NCBI RefSeq assembly: GCF_000372725.1
Contig: NW_005201613.1
Coordinates: forward strand, 340,290 to 363,965
Source of the DNA: Emiliania huxleyi CCMP1516
Lineage: Eukaryota
DNA: 23,676 nt
Direction of reading: 5' to 3'
In this document: positions 19,036 to 23,676 of the stretch, in pieces
Layout: the number at the start of each line of letters is the position of its first letter
Numbering within the stretch: position 1 is the first letter of the stretch
Notes under the pieces: generated by a model
The model's input: only the letters and a program-made list of their open reading frames with translations
What the model was told of the DNA's origin: nothing
The model's database searches: none
Made by a program: the position numbers and the translations under genes

Positions 19036-20118
19036 CTGTGGGGCGGGGGCGGGCGCATCGGTGAGTGCACGGCGTGGCGGCCTGGTCGGCGGCAGCCGTG
19101 AAGGCGGGCTGCACCATTGTCGGTAGGCCAGTCTCTTCCTTCACGGTTCTCTCGAGGTTCTCGAGGTGGATATCCTTTGGCCGCGTTGGGTTCACGGTTC
19201 TGGACGCGACCACTTTTTACGTCCTTCATGAATGTCGGCGCCATTCCTTACTCAATTCCTTCACTCAAAAAAATTCCTCTCTTTCCGATTGAATAGGATT
19301 GCACAACAAAAGGCATTGAATAGACATAGCGGGAGGGTCTCTCTTCTGTCGGCAGGCTGCCCTGGAGCAGCGGCACTACCTAGAGATTCTTGATTGATTG
19401 TTTGTTTGTGAGATTCTTTCTTTGAGGTCCCAGCTAACGCCGAGGGGCTACAACAAGCGCGTCGGCATGCGGTAAAGAGGGAGACGCTCATTCAAGAGTA
19501 CCCAGAGGGCGGGCAACGCTGCCAGGATGTGGAGGTCTTCACCCGCAGCTTACACAAAAGGCAGGTGGGCCGACTGATCGCGCCATCAACACACAAGGGC
19601 GTCAATCTCGTAATGACATACATCCACGAGGGCTACGGTCACCTCCGGATGGGGAGCGCATATTCCACTCACTGTGTGACTTCATGCACCTCCCCACCGA
19701 CCACCCCAGATTCCTCTAACCACTTTTGGAACGACCGCACGGGGATCGTACCATACGATGGAGACGAAGCCGCACAGAAGGAGCACACTCCTGAGGTGAC
19801 CTACAAGCTACAAGGAAGCGAGACGCGGCATAGAGCGAACGGTGCGCGTCGGAGGGCAGTGGTCGATCGGCCGCGTACTAATGGAGCCGCTCTTCTACAA
19901 TGCACCTGGCAGGATGGTGGGGAGCGGCAGCGATCGACGAGCCAGGATGGGAAAGGCAGGATAGGGAGAGACGGGCCAAGCCAAAGTTGGACGCCTGACA
20001 CAAACAAAAATCTCTCTCTCTCTCCAAACACCACAACAACACTCTGTTTTTCGCCTTCGATACATTCATACATCCCTGAGTCAGTGGGACTCGGTGCGTG
20101 AGTGAGCGACCACTCGGG

Positions 20119-20270
20119 CAAGCTCTGTCGATATAGCCCTACCCCTCCCAGCGCGCTAGCCCTATGGGACCCTGTGGAGCCCTCCCGACGCCGATCCGAC
20201 GGGAGGAGCGTGGAGGGGGGTGGAGGGGTGGTGAGCCCTCAAGCTCTGTCGATATAGCCCTACCCCTCCC
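20119..20270. repeat. 31-bp exact direct repeat pair with 90-bp spacer
   Basis: CAAGCTCTGTCGATATAGCCCTACCCCTCCC at 20119-20149 and 20240-20270. Confidence 0.92.
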
Positions 20271-20390
20271 GCCGTTTTAGGGCCTACCCACCCGCTATGA
20301 TGTTTAACACTTCTCACCATGCTTCTCACTTGCGCGATACACGTCACAACCACCATGATCATTTCGACAACAGGGTGCACACACACTCAG

Positions 20391-21101
20391 TCAGGTGACG
20401 GAGCACAGCCAGCCCACGACACAGTGGCGAGCCCTCGAAGTCTCGAGCACCTCGTGCTCCAGCAGCGGGGAGTGCATCAGCACGAGTGTGCCCGCCTCGG
20501 GCTGCACGTCCACCGGCGCGGGCTTAGCAAAGATACGCAGCGCGCCGCCCCAGTCCGGCCGCCACACAGGGTCGAGGTAGAGCAGCAAGCTGACCTCGCG
20601 GTGCTCGCCCGTCGGCGACGGCGCCGGCGGCGTGTCGCGGTGGCGCCGGTAGAAGCCACCCGCGGGGTAGTAGAGGTAGGCGAGGCTCGTCGCCTCGGTG
20701 TCGAGGGGCCGCGCTGTGCAGCCCGCGTCGAGCAGCTCGGCCCTAAGCGCCTCGGCCGTGCTGAGCAGGGCCAGCCGAGCGGCCGGCGCGCCGTGCAGCG
20801 AGAGTGGCGGCTCGTGGATCCACACCGAAGCTGCCCTCCTCAGCTCGGTCTTGAGCTCGACCGCCCAATCAGAGCTCTCGCTCTCTGCGACGCCGCCCAC
20901 CCCGGCGGCGCGCGGCACTCCGGCCGCCTCCAACGCGAGGGCGTCCGCGAGCAGAGCAGCGGTGTCCGCAGCGCGCAGCCAACCGGGGACCACCGCATAG
21001 CCGAGCCGCTCGAGCGAGTAGAGCGCGGCCGCCGGCAGCGGTTGGCGGGGAAACGGAGCGCGCAACCGCGCCGCGCCGCGCCACGCGAGCTGTCGCAGCA
21101 T
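20391..21101 (-). CDS. 2OG-Fe(II) oxygenase, prolyl-4-hydroxylase (SM-20/EGLN-like) type
   Basis: YPAGGFYRRHRD (HxD), SLLLYL...W....GGALRIF, VQPEAGTLVL..S....HEV.....R..VVGW. Intronless ORF of 236 aa. Confidence 0.92.
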   Translation of the reverse strand: MLRQLAWRGAARLRAPFPRQPLPAAALYSLERLGYAVVPGWLRAADTAALLADALALEAAGVPRAAGVGGVAESESSDWAVELKTELRRAASVWIHEPPLSLHGAPAARLALLSTAEALRAELLDAGCTARPLDTEATSLAYLYYPAGGFYRRHRDTPPAPSPTGEHREVSLLLYLDPVWRPDWGGALRIFAKPAPVDVQPEAGTLVLMHSPLLEHEVLETSRARHCVVGWLCSVT

Positions 21102-21401
21102 GGAGTTCGCTGGGCTAAGAAACCTTTGCGATGCCGGCTGGAGCCGAGAAGGTGGCGTGGGCTCGTGACGGCCTGGGCTCGTGACGGCGAGGCGCGCAGC
21201 TAACTCTTCGCGGCCGGCCGTGACGGCCGCTGGCGAGAAGAATTTAACAAGCAGACTGCCTCACACAACATCGTCCTTACAAGATCCTGCTCGCGCAGGT
21301 GGGGACCCTGTCCTTCTCCCACCCCTTGTTTGGTGTGTCCGTTTTATTTATTTATTTATATACACTGGGCACGGGACTGGCGCGCACTGGCACTAACACA
21401 G

Positions 21402-21625
21402 GTAGGTGGAAGGACGGCTGGTGGGAGGTGCGGCTGCTCGAGCGCCGCCCCGCGACGGGCGAGGAGGAGCCGTCCTTCCTCGTCACCTCCGAGCGGTACG
21501 GCCAGCAGCGGTGGGTCGGCGCGGACGAGCTCCGGCCGCGCTGGGTCCTCGCCGGCTCCCTCTGGAGAGCCGAGGTTGGCGCCGAGCCCGCGCAGAACGG
21601 CGGTGCTGGCACGCCTGGGGCATGA
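21402..21625 (+). pseudogene. Orphan terminal exon encoding an Agenet/Tudor-like domain
   Basis: CTAAC-ACAG branch/acceptor at 21393-21401, then RWKDGWWEVRLL..FLV....GQQRWV....LRPRW and stop TGA at 21623-21625. No upstream exons recognisable. Confidence 0.6.
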
Positions 21626-21630
21626 GCCGC

Positions 21631-22091
21631 TTTTTGGCACTTGCATCGCGACAAGGTCACACGCGGACGCTCCAGCCTCTCAGCTCACCACCTCGCCTTC
21701 TCTGTCGCCCTCCTGGCCCAGGCCCATCAGTAGCACGTCTGAGCCGTCCCAGACCGCACTTATCTCGGGTCTGCAAGCTCACACCGGCTCGTGATGACAC
21801 GGAGAGGGCTCGAGATGGCGCCCCGGTGGACCCCATCCGAGGCGATTGCGAGGGCTTTCCGGAGGCCATCACCGGCGCCACCGACCGTGAAATGTCCCGA
21901 CCCGCAGCCCTCATGCACCAGGCGCATGGATGCAGTCATAATATGTAGGCCTTGTCTCCCGAAGTTTTGAGCAATAGCCGCAAACAGTGCTTTTCGGCAG
22001 TTCATCGCGACACGTCCAGGTGCCGACGTCGCGGCTTCCCAGCTCACCACCTCGCCTTTTCTGTCGCTCTCCTGGCCCAGGCCCATCAGTA
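21631..22091. repeat. Diverged ~100-bp direct repeat pair with ~360-bp period
   Basis: CAGCTCACCACCTCGCCTT.TCTGTCGC.CTCCTGGCCCAGGCCCATCAGTA at about 21681-21733 and 22040-22091, with weaker similarity extending about 50 bp upstream. Confidence 0.8.
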
Positions 22092-22682
22092 TCAAGTCTG
22101 ATCTCTCCCAAACCGTCCTTATTTTGGGTGATGAAGCCCACTCTGGCTCATACCACGGCTCTTACGGCCTCACACACGCCTGTTTCACCCACAGACACCG
22201 CTGGCACGCACTCCCACTTCACACATGCTCAAACACAACCCCACCAAAGCACAGCCCTGATCAGAATTGGCATGGGCTACCACTTGGTGGCCCTGGTAGC
22301 CTCTGGCTCGCCACTGCACTCGGCTCCTCTGCAGCGGTCTCGCGCTCTCGCCACGACAGCACGCCGACGGCAAGCTTTGAGGTCCGTCTGGTGGACCTGC
22401 TGTCGCCACGGCCGCCGCGCACATGCAGCTCACACCAGATCTCGACACTGGGCTCGCTCAGCTTGGTTGTAGCAGCGTGTGTGAAGGATGCGCGGCCGAG
22501 CTGCTGGCGCTGCTACAGCGGCGCGAGAAGCAGGCAGCGGCGCGACACAGAGTCGGTCGAGTCTGGCCGTTCTCTCGACGCCGGCCGGCGAGGGTGGCGG
22601 CCTGTGGCCGGCTGGTGGGCGGAGAGCAGCCAGGAGGACTCAAGAGTAGCCAGCAACACCAAGCAACGGGTGAGCGCGCACA

Positions 22683-22866
22683 TACAAGTCCGCCGAATTT
22701 AAGATTTTAGAGGCCGGCCGCAGGCCGGCGATTTTCAGATTTTAGACCAAGATTTTAGAGCTCTGGGGCGCATTTTCGCAAGATTTTAGCTGTCCGTTCA
22801 CACATTTTCAAGATTTTAAGGCTAACGGACTCCCCGCCTTCAAATCTTAAATTCGGCTGACCTGTA
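22683..22866. mobile_element. Tc1/mariner-type MITE (~180 bp) with TA target-site duplication
   Basis: Left end TA-CAAGTCCGCCGAATTTAAGATTT and reverse complement of right end TA-CAGGTCAGCCGAATTTAAGATTT match at 23 of 25 positions. Internal AGATTTTA repeats. No ORF. Confidence 0.85.
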
Positions 22867-22873
22867 GCTCTGA

Positions 22874-23042
22874 GAAAGAAAGAAAGAAATAACTCGCTTA
22901 GCGTGGGAAGAGAAAGTGGGGAGTCTCCCTCTACGTATCTCTTTAAAGAAAGAAAGAAAAAAACAGACAGCCCAAGGGTCTACGTATCTCTAAGAAAGAA
23001 AGAAAACACACAACCCAAGGGAGGGATCTACGTATCTCTTTT
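22874..23042. repeat. Three ~49-bp imperfect tandem units with (GAAA)n tracts
   Basis: TCTACGTATCTCT at 22930, 22979 and 23027, separated by AAGAAAGAAAG..CCCAAGGG. Confidence 0.85.
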
Positions 23043-23112
23043 CTACGGTTGGTAAGGCTCAAAATTCTTTTGAGTGCTGTGTGGGAGCAAGAGGCGGCTG
23101 GACGAGGCCCAG

Positions 23113-23613
23113 ATGGCTGCTTCAGCTGAAGACAACGAGAACCTCGTGCCCGTCACCGTCCTCACCGGCTTCCTTGGGAGCGGGAAGACCACCCTGCTCA
23201 ACCACATCCTGGTGGCTACGCCGCCCTCCCTCCCACCACCTCGCACACGCCTCCGCGTCGCTGCACCGCCCCGGCTCCTTGCGCCTCGCTCCAGCCACTC
23301 GAACGTCCACCGCTGCGCCGCCGCCCCCCCCCCCCGCGCGCCCGCCTCTCTCCACTCCCCACCCTCCTTATCCGCGTCAGACCGCCACCCACGGGAAGAA
23401 GATCGCCGTCATCGAGAACGAGTTTGGCGATGTCGGCATCGACGACGAGCTGCTGCAAAAGAACTCAAAGGCGGGGTGGGGGTTGGAGCGGCCGCTGCGC
23501 GCGCGGGCGAGGGGCGAGTGTGTGCGCGGCGCCTGTAGGTCCAAGCCGACGAGGAGATCATCGAGATGATGAACGGATGCATCTGCTGCACGGTCCGGCA
23601 GGACCTCATCACG
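23113..23613 (+). CDS. CobW/COG0523 (ZNG1-like) G3E P-loop GTPase metallochaperone, 3'-partial. Exons 23113-23211, 23381-23470, 23539-23613.
   Basis: VPVTVLTGFLGSGKTTLLNHIL (Walker A), KIAVIENEFGDVGID, EMMNGCICCTVRQDL (CxCC). One GT donor and two GC donors. The gene continues beyond the window. Confidence 0.95.
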
Positions 23614-23676
23614 GCGCGCCGCAATGATCCTCACGCCCCGCTCGCCTCTCCCCGCTGCCTGCTCGAATCCGAACCC

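Noticed and set aside
18088..19101. 337-aa plus-strand ORF
   Set aside because: Mostly the antisense shadow of the GH45-like gene.
19529..20101. 190-aa ORF in a lower-GC tract
   Set aside because: No motif and atypical codon usage. Probably a repeat remnant.
22930..23039. CRISPR-like repeat-spacer pattern (13-bp repeat, ~36-bp spacers)
   Set aside because: The repeat is too short, the spacers resemble each other and are low-complexity, the context is eukaryotic and no cas genes are present.

Overview
GC-rich, intron-containing eukaryotic genomic DNA. The frequent GC-AG and GA-AG introns and the codon style suggest a haptophyte such as Emiliania/Gephyrocapsa (inference). Recognisable genes: the 3' part of cobalamin-dependent methionine synthase (METH), an EF-hand + DUF6817/HD-like protein with a probable plastid-targeting leader, a HAD-IIA phosphatase with a C-terminal EF-hand, a DUF3011-like + fucosyltransferase-type glycosyltransferase, a GH45/expansin-like secreted protein, a 2OG-Fe(II) oxygenase and the 5' part of a CobW/COG0523 GTPase. 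Between them lies a patchwork of abutting gene fragments (kinase, RING-RGG, C2H2 finger, MAM, Agenet), a TA-flanked MITE, a tandem pair of Helitron-like ends and several perfect palindromes. Main anomalies: (1) about 41 codons of the METH cap domain are replaced in register by an AT-rich, stop-containing segment of matching length; (2) a kinase-RING-RGG gene appears split into two complementary halves 8 kb apart; (3) several introns have direct repeats at their junctions that supply non-canonical donors. All calls were made by eye, without database searches.
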